From Tubiluchus corallicola (taxonomy: Eukaryota > Animalia > Priapulida), in the NCBI GenBank assembly GCA_030141605.1, contig JAQGDQ010001050.1, forward strand, positions 3,720 to 67,719: 64,000 bases of DNA, written 5' to 3'. The position numbers were made by a program, and so were the translations under genes. Below are positions 13,726 to 56,388 of this stretch, in pieces. Position 1 is the stretch's first letter, and each line of letters starts with the position of its first letter. The notes under the pieces are model-generated. The model saw nothing but the letters and a program-made list of their open reading frames with translations. It was not told where the DNA came from and searched no databases.

Positions 13726-15651
13726 ATTGTCTCATGAGTTGTCTACACTCACACATAAATACTCAGTCTGATAAAAATACATGGAAAACGTAAATGCCGA
13801 CTTAAGACTTCTGATCGTCTGTTAAGCCTGATCTTAGCTTACAATTTTCGATCACATTCAATAATCGGTCAATGATGTAAATTTTCAATTCAATATCGTT
13901 TGTTCTTTGTGACTTTGAACATATGTCAACCATTTGTTAAAATTATCATCCAACTATAGACAGCCTCGATTTTATGATAAAAGCATTGTCATTCTTTAAT
14001 AGATTTGGAAGGAAATAGAGTAATTTTACAAAAGTACTTGTTTTTTTATTGCTGTAAATTGTGATCAAAAATATTGCGCAGAACTTTGTATAATAATAGG
14101 ACACTTGAGAAATGTAGAAAGGAAGGATTGAGAACATAGTTTGTACCAGTTACTTTCAAGTATCTTCTAAATGAAACTGTTCTCCACATTAAACTTCAAC
14201 TGCCTTATTCAGATCTAGATAAGCCTTTTCACAGTTCCAGCGATTGATGATAATCGTTAAAAGCTCAAAGGTTAAGTGTACCCAACAATGCAGTTGTGTA
14301 CACTTGGCAACGCCTCGCATAACATGCTGATGTGAAATTGTCAATCTTTAACAGGTGCTTTTGTATAACGCCAATTTTGTTTTAAGAAGTTTGCACACAA
14401 ACTCCTAATTTTTTGTACCAGGAAAAGTTATTGTGATTTCAGTTCAGTTCAGTTCAGTTTAGTGCCTGAATTTTATATCAGCATATCATGATATCAGCTG
14501 AAAAAAGTCTGAAATAAAAGAAATTATAAACTTAAGCAAGCTTTTACTTTTATTCATCACCTCACTAAGAACATTTTTTACGCAATCAGTATTTTAGAAT
14601 AATAAAAATCTTAAATTTTTTTCAAGGTTCGTCTTATTGTCGTTCAGATCTTATTGTTTGTTCATCAATCATAGTTTATAAATTGCCAGGTATCAATAAC
14701 ATCGCATAGTTTTAATGCTATTTAAAAATTTGTCGACAATTAATATGACCACACAATGATTACGAACTTAGGCAAGATGTCTTTTCACCTTGTCATAAGA
14801 AGCTGCGCAGAAGGTTTTAATGTTTGCATCATATTGTTTACTTTGCCTTTAATAAACTTCTTTTTCTACATTTATATTAGCAGTATACAGAATATTGTTG
14901 TGGCTGGTATCCTTATAAAGTAAGGAAACATGATTATATATAGCCAAGCATAGAGCTCTTTATTTATGTAATGATATTTGGACAATAAGCTATTAGGTGG
15001 CATTTCCAGACAACCGGAATGCATTGCCTGTCGGCAGAATAGCTTGTAGAATAATTAACCTAGGTTGAGTCCAAATTGCAATAGCACATAATGCAAGTCT
15101 GATAAACAAGTACATTAAAAACACTGAAAAGATAACAGAATCTGATTGTCTGCCTTTAACATTATGGACAGAAGAAAATCATTTTAATTACTCTAAATTT
15201 AAATTTATGTTGTACTGTCATCATACTTTTTTTTAGTTTTGGATAGTACTGCCACCTTCAGGTGTTTTTGTTAATTGTTAAATCTTTCTCTTTACTGTTT
15301 AAATTTTCATTGGCTTCTATAGTTTAGGAATGCATAATCTCTAAACCTGTTTTCACACCTAAATGATTTCACCTGTAGTTTTTGGTCACTTGGTTTTCTG
15401 TTTTTCAACATGACACTACTTTGCTGTTTATGTAGACACTACAGAAAAAATTCTTAAAACTACATTTCAAGTTTTTTGGTTTCTTCAAACCACGTTATAA
15501 AGTGTCTTATTCACAGCATTATTTAAATCCAATGCGTACCAATACAACATTGCTCGAGAGTAGTTACTGGATGGGTTGTAGTTCCACTGTTCACAGAATG
15601 ATGTACGGATTTGACCAATAAGATTCAATTAAAATTTATATCTGAGATGAT

Positions 15652-16601
15652 TAATGCCGAGTTTCCACTGCTCCTGCACGGACACAGACTTTTTCTGATG
15701 GCTCATATGGAAAAAATAAAGCAATTTTGTAAATCATTGTTTACATGTTTGTCGTTTCCACTGCGTCCGCACGGAAAGCCACGTGCTCGCACGGATCCAC
15801 ATGTTTACTGTAAACCTTTTTCCTGCGAACGGAAAAACGCATTTTCACAATAAAGAAGGAGCAAATTATACACGATATAGAATATGGCTTCCCCTTTATG
15901 ATACGAGTACCCCTAACTGCAATCACAGATACTTTACAAGAACTTTGTTAAGTGAAATATCTTTTGAGGTCAGTAGTGAATGTTGAACATTTAGTTTTTG
16001 TTATTAACTTTACTTCTTGCTAAAGTTTTGAAAATTTAGCTGGGTTTTGCGATTCCTTGTTCAAGGCAATTTTTAGATTTACAGTAACATTTACACACTC
16101 TAAATAGTCGCTATACAATCGATATTTGTTACAGTATTTCGATTTTTTCTGTTGATCTATCACCATTGTACAATATTGCAAGTTCTTAAATTTACATTAA
16201 ATTTAAATTATTTCTCTTTCAATGACAATTCTCTTCCAACGAATCAAATGAATATACCCAATCTATTTAAATTCCAAAAATGTGGAACGTTGCAAGCTGC
16301 ATTCTTAATTTAGGTACGTTTTCCTCATCCATTATTGCGATGTGATGATATTTGCCTAGCTGTTCACTGTTTTCGAGGTAAAAAACGATATAATCGCTTC
16401 CTGTATTGCCTATTTACCCTTTTCTTTAGCCAACGTAGCAAAATCTAATGATTGTTACTTCTAGAAAGCCCAAAATTTCGCCGCATCTATGGTATTTTGT
16501 TTAGAATGAGTGCGGACCCAATGGAAACGACTTAAGCGGAAGTAAAACATGCGACACAGAGAAGACAATGTCTGTGCTGACGCAGTGGAAAGGCCGCCTT
16601 A
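15652..16601 (-). mobile_element. Possible Harbinger-like remnant
   Basis: TAA-TGCCGAGTTTCCACTGC ... GCAGTGGAAAGGCCGCC-TTA inverted ends; frameshifted MADF-like words (MDEE, PHFWN, RWKRI) on the minus strand at ~16215-16332. Confidence 0.35.
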
Positions 16602-18722
16602 TACTCCTTAAAAGCTAGTATAACATGAAGCACTTAGACATGCCTTCTTGCTTCGATTCTTTCTTGCTCTTCTTGGAAAACGGCATGGTAAAAGATTTAA
16701 GCAATATTTCAGTAAATTCTTTACGAATCAAAGAGCTTTTTAAGTTTTTATATTACTACCTCACACTCAACAACCACAAAACTCCGTTATTTGTTTACTT
16801 TTTGGCCAGGCGTGACAGTGACTGTTACATACAAAATCTGGCCTTTCATTTGGTAAAAAAAATTCGAAAGTGAATTGACAAAGTGATGCTTACAAATTTT
16901 CCTATTCTTCCTCCAAGCTCTAAAACCACTAAGCGACGCAATTGTTGTAGGCTTTAAAATATTTAAAATAGTTTTTTGTATTTGCTGAAAAAATTTATCT
17001 ATTTATTGCTTTTTGTGGTACAATCGACGGTTAATTTAATTAAAATTCTCGCTTTGCCTTGGATCTCGTTAAATGCGAGAGGTTGCAAAAGTTGTTCATG
17101 ACCAGTAAGAGAATTAGAAGAACAAAAAGATTTAGAATAAACTGAATAAGTTTTATGGTAAACCTAGTTTGTCGCGATAACGTTTTAGTTAAATCGACGA
17201 AATGAGCCCTCCGTTTGGTGCGCCGCAGTGATTTAATCGAGGTTTGGCTTAATACGTAACTTTACATTATTGCGTTTCATTTATGAATTGCAGAATCATA
17301 ATGATATTCATAAAATATTGTGATGTCCCTGATATGTTTCACAAAGTGAAGAGAAATGTCAGAAAGGAAATCATCTTCTTGAAGTAAAGTATTGTGGAAA
17401 TTACCTCAGCGATTTTACATGGTGCTCTAATTTTTGATTTGCATGTATCTCTACAAGCCCAATTCTTTCACATTGTAACACTGTATCTGATTTCTCTTAT
17501 CTTTTATTTGGCTTCTCCTAATAGCTTTCTTACTTTCAAGGCCTGGTTAATTCTAACATTTATTTTCTTTAACTTCGCTGGGTTTTTGTTGTACCAGTTA
17601 CCAATCGTAGTCCTCTTCCATAACTGTTTCGCTCGTCATCTATGCTATGTGGAAGGCATTTCATCTCCAAGCTCAAGTCTTGTATGTAGTATCCAGTTTT
17701 TATATTCCATCGAAAACTTTGAATTCATATTAATTTTAATGCCTGAAGCTTAATCTCAGAATGAAAAATGAATGTTAATTTGTGGTGCTTATGATTCTGA
17801 CACTCCTCGTTTATTAATTTTATACAGAAATTGAGATTTTTCAGCTAAACAATCTTCCACAGTTCTGTGATATTTTCTCATAAAATTGTCTCATAAAAGA
17901 ATCTAGTCTTCATCCTGCCTTATTTTGCACATCATTTTACACACGATAAATGAGCAGTTTTTTCTGATTTTCCATTAGTGTGCTGAGATACATGCGAGTG
18001 CTGCTGAGTTTGTACCTTGTAATAATATTATTAAAATGAGTGTTTGGAAAATTCATGAAATGTCTGTTAGTATTAAGCTTTTCCCTTGTTATGGGCTAAC
18101 GTTTGCAATTCTCCATGCTCAAGAAATTAATTTGTGAAGCCTAGGGTTAGGTGTGACGGGAACACAAAAGAATTTCCTTCATAGCATATGGTGTTCTCAG
18201 AAATCTTTATTTCTGTATATAAAAAAATGAAAATAATAAATTTTACTGCTTTCACTGCTTACAAATTTATAATGATCTAATTATTATAATTTAAAACAAT
18301 AAAAGTAAATATTACTCACCTCGTGCGGCTATAACAACCTAATACATCCTTGGAACGTCATACCGGTTTACAGCAAATCAGATAAGGACGCTATACTTGA
18401 ACATTTATCTAAACGTTATTTATTTAACGTTTGCTGAGGCTTCTGTAAGCGTGTTTAGTGAGGCTCAACCTAATTTACAACTTCACAGGTAAAATTACAG
18501 GTAGGTTCACATAGGTGCTGCCACGTACATGTTAAGGCCAGAGACTGACCTTAACATTAGGGTTATGGTATTTAAATTGTGTGTGAAATTGTAAACTATT
18601 TCCTTGTTATGTAACAACTGAACAACTGTGCTCACTAATTTGCTACTGTTAAGTGACTGATTTAACTTGTGAAGTGTCTAATGTCACTTTCTCCTTTACC
18701 CAGCAGCAGAAGAGCAGCAAAC

Positions 18723-48513
<29,791 letters not shown>

Positions 48514-48696
48514 TCACACTGGCAGTGCAGTTTATTATCACAGCAACACCAAGAGTGCTTCTGTAGTTTTGTGAAGGAACACTACGCGCCTCTCTTTGCT
48601 CAAATGTGCTAGCCATTTAACTGTGTTACCTGTCAAGTTAACCTGTTACCTGTTAACTGTAAAAACTCACATTCTTAGCTCATTCAAACTGTGAAA

Positions 48697-49096
48697 TACA
48701 CTCATATCTCAGTGTGCCAGACAAAAGCGGGGAGGCGTCGGTTCGAATTTGCTGATTGTTCGTATTTTCTGATACTAAGCTAATGCAGTAGGGACTCATG
48801 GTAATGTAGAATCAATCGCCTAATTGTCTCAAAAACGTCTAATACGGGCCACTTCTATGCAATTGTATATAAATACTGTTGGCAATTCACTCAATTGGCT
48901 GCATAATTGACTCTGACGTACAAGTCGTACGTGTGTCATCACACGCTGCTTGTATGTAAACAATGCGACGGCCTGCCAACTAGCGGTCAGTTCGCGAAAC
49001 AACGCACTGTGTCCGTAGTATGCGGGACTTTTTTAACGGTTCAGATTTTGTGCGAATTTTTCAACGCGAGGTCCGGCAGACCGAGATATGAGTTTA
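48697..49096 (+). mobile_element. MITE family A copy 5, probably in the CUL1 3' UTR
   Basis: TACACTCATATCTCAGTGTGC ... GCAGACCGAGATATGAGTTTA, ~185 nt after the stop codon. Confidence 0.82.
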
Positions 49097-50014
49097 AATA
49101 GAGTTTGAAAGTACAAGTTGCTAAGAGATGATTGCACGTGAGTGACACTTCATTCTTCAGTTTCATTTATACTTTAATTACTGTACCCTCTCTGCACTTT
49201 TTAATTTTTGTACATAACTAGTGGCCTTCAGATTTCAGAATGACAGATAAAGATGTGCGATTTATGCCGTATTCAGTCGTTTCTGTTTGCTTTAAGCTTC
49301 TGCTGTATGACAGTGGCAGTTTTTTGTCACCTTGCTGCTGTTCTTACAAATTGCAGCACATCAGTAATCGAATGCTCAGTCAACCCCGGAGTGTCGCCAT
49401 GCAGCCTCAAATTTCAATTTTCTGTTGCTTCTGCCACATGAAATTTAATCCCATTCATGAATATCTATGTTGTTATAGGTGTGCGTTGGTTGTTTTGGTA
49501 TTTTTTCGATGAGATGTGATATGTTTTTGTCGTTAGAATTTGTTGTTGAGCTGCTGCACCTGTTTGTTTTTGAATGTTAAAGGTTTCGGTTTGGTCCAAG
49601 AATTACTGAAACCAGCTTTACTGATGATATACATGTATCATTCATCGCATTATATTAGTTACTTCAATTCCTAGATCAAACTTTAAAAAATGCCAGCAAT
49701 TTTTTTTCAACTCTTTCCATTTGAAGTTAACGATTATAAGTTTACAGTTGGTTGACGACACAACAGTTTTTGCAACTGTTGTACAAGACAGTCCAGGAAA
49801 TCGATTTTGACCCGACAGACGTTCTTATTGACCGTTCGTAATTTGAGTTAGTTGAGTTGGGTTCAATCACCATGACATAGCTGTGATTTTAGTCACTTTG
49901 ATTGTACTTGAATGATCAGAGTTGATTTTGTGCCACTTCCTGAACACAGTTGTGGTCGCAACCTATATTGTTTCTAATTTTCGTATAAAGTTTTAGGTTT
50001 AAGGAATGAATGTA

Positions 50015-50620
50015 CAGTGAACTACATACAACTCGAACTGTTATAACTCAAATTCTTGCGTATTTCGAACAAATCCCCTGGAACGGATTTTCCCTTCCAT
50101 TTTCCTCTTTACCAAACGTCGCGTATTTGAAATCTGCAGCTCGAATTATCGCGTAACTCGAACCGAATTCTTGGTACAATTTATAAGAATCTACTTGAAA
50201 TTACCTCGCCTATGTCTAACAATCTCTGAAGCGAGGAATCCTACACGAAAGTGTGCCCTACGTTTCGAATTTTAACTGCTTCTTTCAGCTAAAATGCGAA
50301 GATTTCTTGTATTACCTCAACAGAATGTTGCAGTTGGCTTGACGAACGTGGTTTAATGTACATCGCAACACATATTATTGCCGAATTCTAAAAAACCATG
50401 CTACTCAGACTGCAATAAAGGTGGACCAATTATTTTGTTTTGGATTATTTAAAAAAAACTAGTTTGATATTCGATTAAAGGTTGAGTTTGTCATTTTCCC
50501 AGGCTGCAGGGTATTGTCACGTTGACAAGCGACTCGATGTTGTTTTTTACGAATAACTTGGTCGCATAACTTGAACAAAATTTCCGGTCCTGAACAGTTC
50601 GAGTTGTACATAGTTTACTG
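50015..50620. mobile_element. pogo/Tigger-like MITE
   Basis: TA-CAGTGAACTACATACAACTCGAACTG ... CAGTTCGAGTTGTACATAGTTTACTG. Confidence 0.75.
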
Positions 50621-52859
50621 AATTTTCGGTTGTACTGTGATGACACATTGGTATGTCGCTGTTCCCGTTGTTATTATTTACCTGGCAGTACCATTTTCTT
50701 CAGTCTTGGTAATGCTTATAGCTTGTTTCATCAACAACCAAAAATATTGGAAAAATCCATCGTTTCTACTGCATACTAGAAGACATTGTCAGGAAATATA
50801 TAAATACATTAAAGGAAAACAGGATGATTTTTCACATACTATCCCATTTTCAAGTACAGTAAGAAGTATACATTTCAACACAATTAATACCGCAAAAGGT
50901 TTCTGATAATTAAATAATAGATTAAAAACTTAATTAACAGCGAGCGAGCCCAACTATTGATGACATCACAAACTAACGTAATTTTCAACAGCAAAAATAT
51001 TCCACGAATGTGTTGCACGTGTTTGCGAAAGTGAAAATTGAAGTACAGCGCTACTGTAAGATATTCAGTGTGTTGTACTAAAACTAGGCAAGTTTCAAGA
51101 TAAAAATAAAAATTTCAAATTTACCACTGTGCTGATGCATGAGCTATCAAACGTGTGTAGTTCGTCATTAACTAACACATCTGAAATGAGAGGTACAGCA
51201 CCTGTCTTTTTGCGTAACGTGTTTCCGAAATGTAGGCGCTAGTGTCCGTCTAACTAGCGAATGGCGAAATGTATGTAACAGTGAACAACTAGTGGCGCGA
51301 ATGTGAAATTGTGTTTGTGTGGTAATAATTGTTTCGCGTAAGTCATTTTTTGAAAAAATAATATGTTTCCTTTCAGTATTTTAAAGAGCAGATTGTTTTG
51401 ACCTACAGTTTAAGATTGAGTCCAGTTTTGCTTTAATCATTCTTTATAGAGCTCCTGGCGATATCTGCTAATGTGCAGTGGAAACTTTGGATTTTTCTAA
51501 TAAAAGTTTAATAAAATTTATTATATAGTGGGTTGTTTATGAAATGGAAGTGTTCTTGTTATAAAGAATATACAAAACTTTATAGCTAGTTTATTTGAAT
51601 GCAAAATGCCAGTCATTTGTTAAACGGTTAAAATAAGTCGTGGTTCGAACGTAACTTCTAGGCATGAACCCCATTGGTAATTTCATCGTGTTTTTGTGGT
51701 CTAGCCAGTAAAAAGCCTTGCCTTTAATTATCTGCAGATTCATAGAGTACAAATTGTAAAAAAGTTCGAACGAAATCCTAAGAATTTAAATGAAAATTGA
51801 AAATAATTGCAATGATATGGTTACGTGTGTGTAACATTCGGATGGATATCGTGTGGTGTGTGTGAAAAGATGTAGTACTTGTCGTGTTTTCTAGTACAAA
51901 TTTAACAGCCAAGTCGAGCATCGGTGTAAATATATGTACAAATAGCAAGTGTTCATAATTATGTGCATTCTACGAAAAGAATGTTTAGTATACATGATAC
52001 TATAAATATTGTTTGATATGGGTTTATGTAAGGCACTCGCTTATTTGATATAATAACATTTAAAGGGAAGGGAGTGTTTTGTGAAGTTCCAATTTTACAC
52101 AAAAAACAGAAAAGAAATGCTGTAAGATTTTCTGATACTTTTCTTGACGGTTTATGTAAAACAAAATCTGACATGAAAGTTTGTTTCCGAAGAAAGTCTG
52201 GAACTTGATTTTGCCAGTTTTACTCGCTAGGTGACACCAGGAATAACTTAGTCCTTAGTTACGACAGTGTTTACAGTCCGTTTATCACTTGTCCACATTT
52301 CACCGTGTAGCATTGTTTACGAATTCACGAAACGAGGCGGTATCTAAGGAAGCTGTTGCTAGTATATTTGTTTTACTTGCAATTTTCCGAAGTTTTTGAT
52401 TTGCAATTTTGATGCCCAATTTCATCGGGAAGGAAGCCATGAAATTCAATAAAATTAGTGTCAACTTTTAAGTTTCGTTTAACTTTTAATTAAGGAAAAG
52501 TTGTTTTTACGTTAAATTTGACCTTTAAACAACTTGCTTGTAAATTACCAGAAGCCAGGAAGTATCACATGAAGAAGAAAGCATGTAAGTTTATATCTCA
52601 AACTACCAATGTAATACATTTATTATGTTTTTCACTACGCAGTTTCACAAACGAGCTTCTGAAATATGAAGCTGTTTTTGATAATAGAGACGATCACGTT
52701 AATGGATGCTTTTGTACTGAACTTGGTAAAGAATCTTTATGGATGTTAATAACAAATTTAGTTCACTGCAGTTAGTGTGTTATAAATGTGAGGGAGTTCA
52801 CTGCAGTTAGTGTGTTATACACACAATTTTAGCTGCAGTGAATTTATTTAAAATTCTGT

Positions 52860-53633
52860 ACATGCAAAGCTTTTTGTGTATTGTGTGTCTGCGAGTGATT
52901 TAGCAAAAGACTAGCTGATGTGCTAGTTGGGTACGTGCAAAGCTTTGTGTGTCTACAAGTGATTTAGCAAAAGACTAGCTGATGCGCTAGTCGGGTACGT
53001 GCAAAGCTTTGTGCGTCTACAAGTGATTTAGCAAAAGACTAGCTGATGCGCTAGTCGGGTACGTGCAAAGCTTTGTGCGTCTACAAGTGATTTAGCAAAA
53101 GACTAGCTGATGTGCTAGTCGGGTACGTGCAAAGCTTTGTCTGCCAGTGATTTAGCAAAAGACTAGCTGATGTGCTAGTCGAGTACGTGCAAAGCTTTGT
53201 GTGTGTCTGCCAGTGATTTAGCAGAAAACTAGCTGATGTGCTAGTCGGGTACGTGCAAAGCTTTGTTTGTGTGCGAGTGATTTAGCAAAAGACTAGCTGA
53301 TGTGCTAGTCGGGTACGTGCAAAGCTTTGTGTCTGCCAGTGATTTAGCAAAAAACTAGCTGATGTGCTAGTCGGGTACGTGCAAAGCTTTGTGTGTGTCT
53401 GCCAGTGATTTAGCAAAAGACTAGCTGATGTGCTAGTTGGGTACGTGCAAAGCTTTGCGTGTGTGCGAGTGATTTAGCAAAAGACTAGCTGATGTGCTAT
53501 TTGGGTACATGCAAAGCTTTGCGTGTGTGCGAGTGATTTAGCAAAAGACTAGCTGATGTGCTAGTTGGGTACGTGCAAAGCTTTGCGTGTGTGCGAGTGA
53601 TTTAGCAAAAGACTAGCTGATGCGCTAGTCGGG
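52860..53633 (+). repeat. ~60-66-bp minisatellite, ~12 copies
   Basis: Unit AGTGATTTAGCAAAAGACTAGCTGATGTGCTAGTCGGGTACGTGCAAAGCTTTG(TG)n, containing the hairpin GACTAGC-N6-GCTAGTC. Confidence 0.95.
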
Positions 53634-53976
53634 TTGTTACGTGTGTTAAGTGTTATATCATCTTCTGTACTGTATATAGTAAAGTTAATAAAATGTAATT
53701 ATGAAATTTTTGCCGTTGTTTGGGGTAAAATATTTTATTAAACTTGAACTTGAAAATAAATGTCAGAAATGAAAAAATCTGCGTGAAGTGTAGAAATCTG
53801 AAATAATTTGCTCATTAAATGTTGCAAAACTCGGCTTTTGAGACGTGACACCTGGCAAGATTACAGTAAGCCTTGTATTGTAATCATTGAAAATTGGACA
53901 AAAAATTGTAACGCAGAAGCCACAGGTGCCTCATAGTCCGGCAACTGGTAGGACAAACCTTGCATTTTCTTGGTGG

Positions 53977-54469
53977 TAGTGATGGGCGATTAATAGATTA
54001 ATCGAGATTACAACCATGTATGAATCTATATTATCGGTGATTGAACAGTAATTCAGTTAATCGAGATTAATCAAGAGCAAAATATACATGTTATTAAAAG
54101 GCAGTGTTTTAGCGCAAATAAATTGGTTTCTCGCATTTTTTCTTCATCTTTCTCACCTTACACAATGTGCACAATTGCAAAGCACAATGTTGCAAACTGA
54201 GGCTTCTTATTCCCTTTCACTTGACGTGTGCAGTTGACATAACAATAGAGTAGTTAATGATTGTGTGTGTCTATAACAATATTTGCGAATACGAAATGGC
54301 AGACAGTGACGCAAGCCTTGAAGGCGTTTATAGACTATATTTCAGTGCTGCAATGTCTGAAAAATACGGTTAAAACACTAAAAAATTGCAGCAAAAGATT
54401 AATCGTGATATCGAATCACAAGAACAAGATTGAAATCGAATTAGAACATTTGAAAATCGCCCATCGCTA
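53977..54469. mobile_element. hAT-like MITE
   Basis: TAGTGATGGGCGATT ... AATCGCCCATCGCTA. Confidence 0.75.
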
Positions 54470-54982
54470 CTCTGTAGTATTCTTATGACTTGATGGTCCT
54501 CCTTTAAGAATATTTACTAGTAAAAAGCAGTGACCGATACCCTGTTCTATTTGTTCCTTGTATCATTTAGATTTCTTGAAATGTTATTTTCTCTTTTTTA
54601 AGAGAAATAGCTCTACCCAAGCAGAGTAAATACCCCCATCCACACCGAAATTGTAAATTAAGAAGATCACAATCTGTATAAAACTTGTATCAAAAATTTT
54701 AACATCCACTCAAATTTTAGCGACATTGAAACATCTTGCAAACCTATTTATATCAATTATTTATTTTCTATCAATATGAACAATATTCTCTATAACATAT
54801 AAAATAGTAATAAATAACATTTCAAGCACAATAGAGTCATTAAAATGCATTATAAACAACATGCGAATGCTTTAAAAAATAAGCATTGTTAAAAATGTAT
54901 TTTAAAACTTGTTGCTAAACAGGCTAAAAGTAATCGCTGCTATTGAAGTAACTTGAAGAGCACAGATACTTGTGAAAGTAAC

Positions 54983-56104
54983 GACGCCTTCAGACTAGCG
55001 AGTTTTCTCTTTGATGCCAAACTCGCAAGCGGGAAACGACCTCCGACAGTTGTTCTGATTTGATTAACTGTCTAGTGTGAACGCCTCGTCGAGTTACTCT
55101 CAACACTTATTTCAGTAAACAGAGAACTGAGTGGTCGGCTCATGTTAACTGTCTAGTGTGAACGCCTCGCCGAGTTACTCTTAACACTTATTGCAGCAAA
55201 CAGTGAACTGAGTGTCGGCTCATGTTTACTGTCCAGTGTGAACGCCTCGTCGAGTTACTCTCAACACTTATTGCAGCAAACAGAGAACTGAGTGTCGGCT
55301 CAAGTTTACTGTCTAGTGTGAACGCCTCGTCGAGTTACTCTCAAAATTTATCGCAGCAAACAGAGAGTTGAGTGTCGGCTCATGTTTACTGTCTAGTGTG
55401 AACGCCTCGTCGAGTTACTCTTAACACTTATTGCAGCAAACAGTGAATTGAGTGTCGGCTCAAGTTTACTGTCTAGTGTGAACCCCTCGTCGAGTTACTC
55501 TCAAAATTTATCGCAGCAAACAGAGAGTTGAGTGTCGGCTCATGTTAACTGTCTAGTGTGAACGCCTCGTCGAGTTACTCTTAACACTTATTGCAGCAAA
55601 CAGTGAACTGAGTGTCGGCTCAAGTTTACTGTCTAGTGTGAACGCCTCGTCGAGTTACTCTCAACACTCATCGCAGCAAACAGAGACTTGAGTGTCGGCT
55701 CATGTTAACTGTCTAGTGTGAACCCCTCGTCGAGTTACTCTCAACACTTATTGCAGCAAACAGAGAACTGAGTGTCGGCTCAAGTTTACTGTCTAGTGTG
55801 AACGCCTTGTCGAGTTACTCTCAACACTTATTGCAGCAAACAGTGAATTGAGTGTCGGCTCAAGTTTACTGTCTAGTGTGAACGCCTCGTCAAGTTACTC
55901 TTAACACTTATCGCAACAAACGGAGACCTGAGTGTCGGCTCAAGTTTACTGTCTAGTGTGAACACCTCGCCGAGTTACTCTCAACACTCATCACAGCAAA
56001 CAGAGAATTGAGTGTCAGAGAGTAACTTGCAGCAAGCTTTGCTCTCTAGTCTGAGCAGGCTTGCGAGTTATTTGGCGAGAAAACTCTAGTGTGAACGCAC
56101 CTTA
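54983..56104. mobile_element. MITE-like element with imperfect terminal inverted repeats enclosing the 80-bp array
   Basis: Left GCCTTCAGACTAG-CG-AGTTTTCTC...AACTCGCAAGC is mirrored by right GCTTGCGAGTT...GAGAAAACT-CTAGTGTGAACGCACC. Confidence 0.6.
55067..56016 (+). repeat. 80-bp tandem array, ~12 copies, inside an inverted-repeat element
   Basis: Unit ACTGTCTAGTGTGAACGCCTCGTCGAGTTACTCTCAACAC...GAGTGTCGGCTCA at ~80-nt spacing. Confidence 0.95.
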
Positions 56105-56388
56105 ATGCAATAGAACACCAGCAGTGATTCATTATCCTAAACACATTTCATGACAACTGGATGTAATAAATATTTTTTACAAATATTGTGCATTAATCTT
56201 TCCACAACAAGCCCTGAACTACACAAATCTTGTAAGAAAATTTACTACATGTACGGAGCACACACGGGTATCATATCACATGTAGCCAATATACACACAT
56301 AAAAAGTAACATTTTGGCAACAAAAAATGCATTTTTTGGCAAGGAAAAATATTTTTACACATTTTTTTCATACCGCAAGGTAATCTGT

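Noticed and set aside
16510-16560. CCAAT and ETS (GCGGAAGT) motifs as the CUL1 promoter
   Set aside because: Short motifs lying inside a possible transposon remnant; cannot be supported without TSS data.
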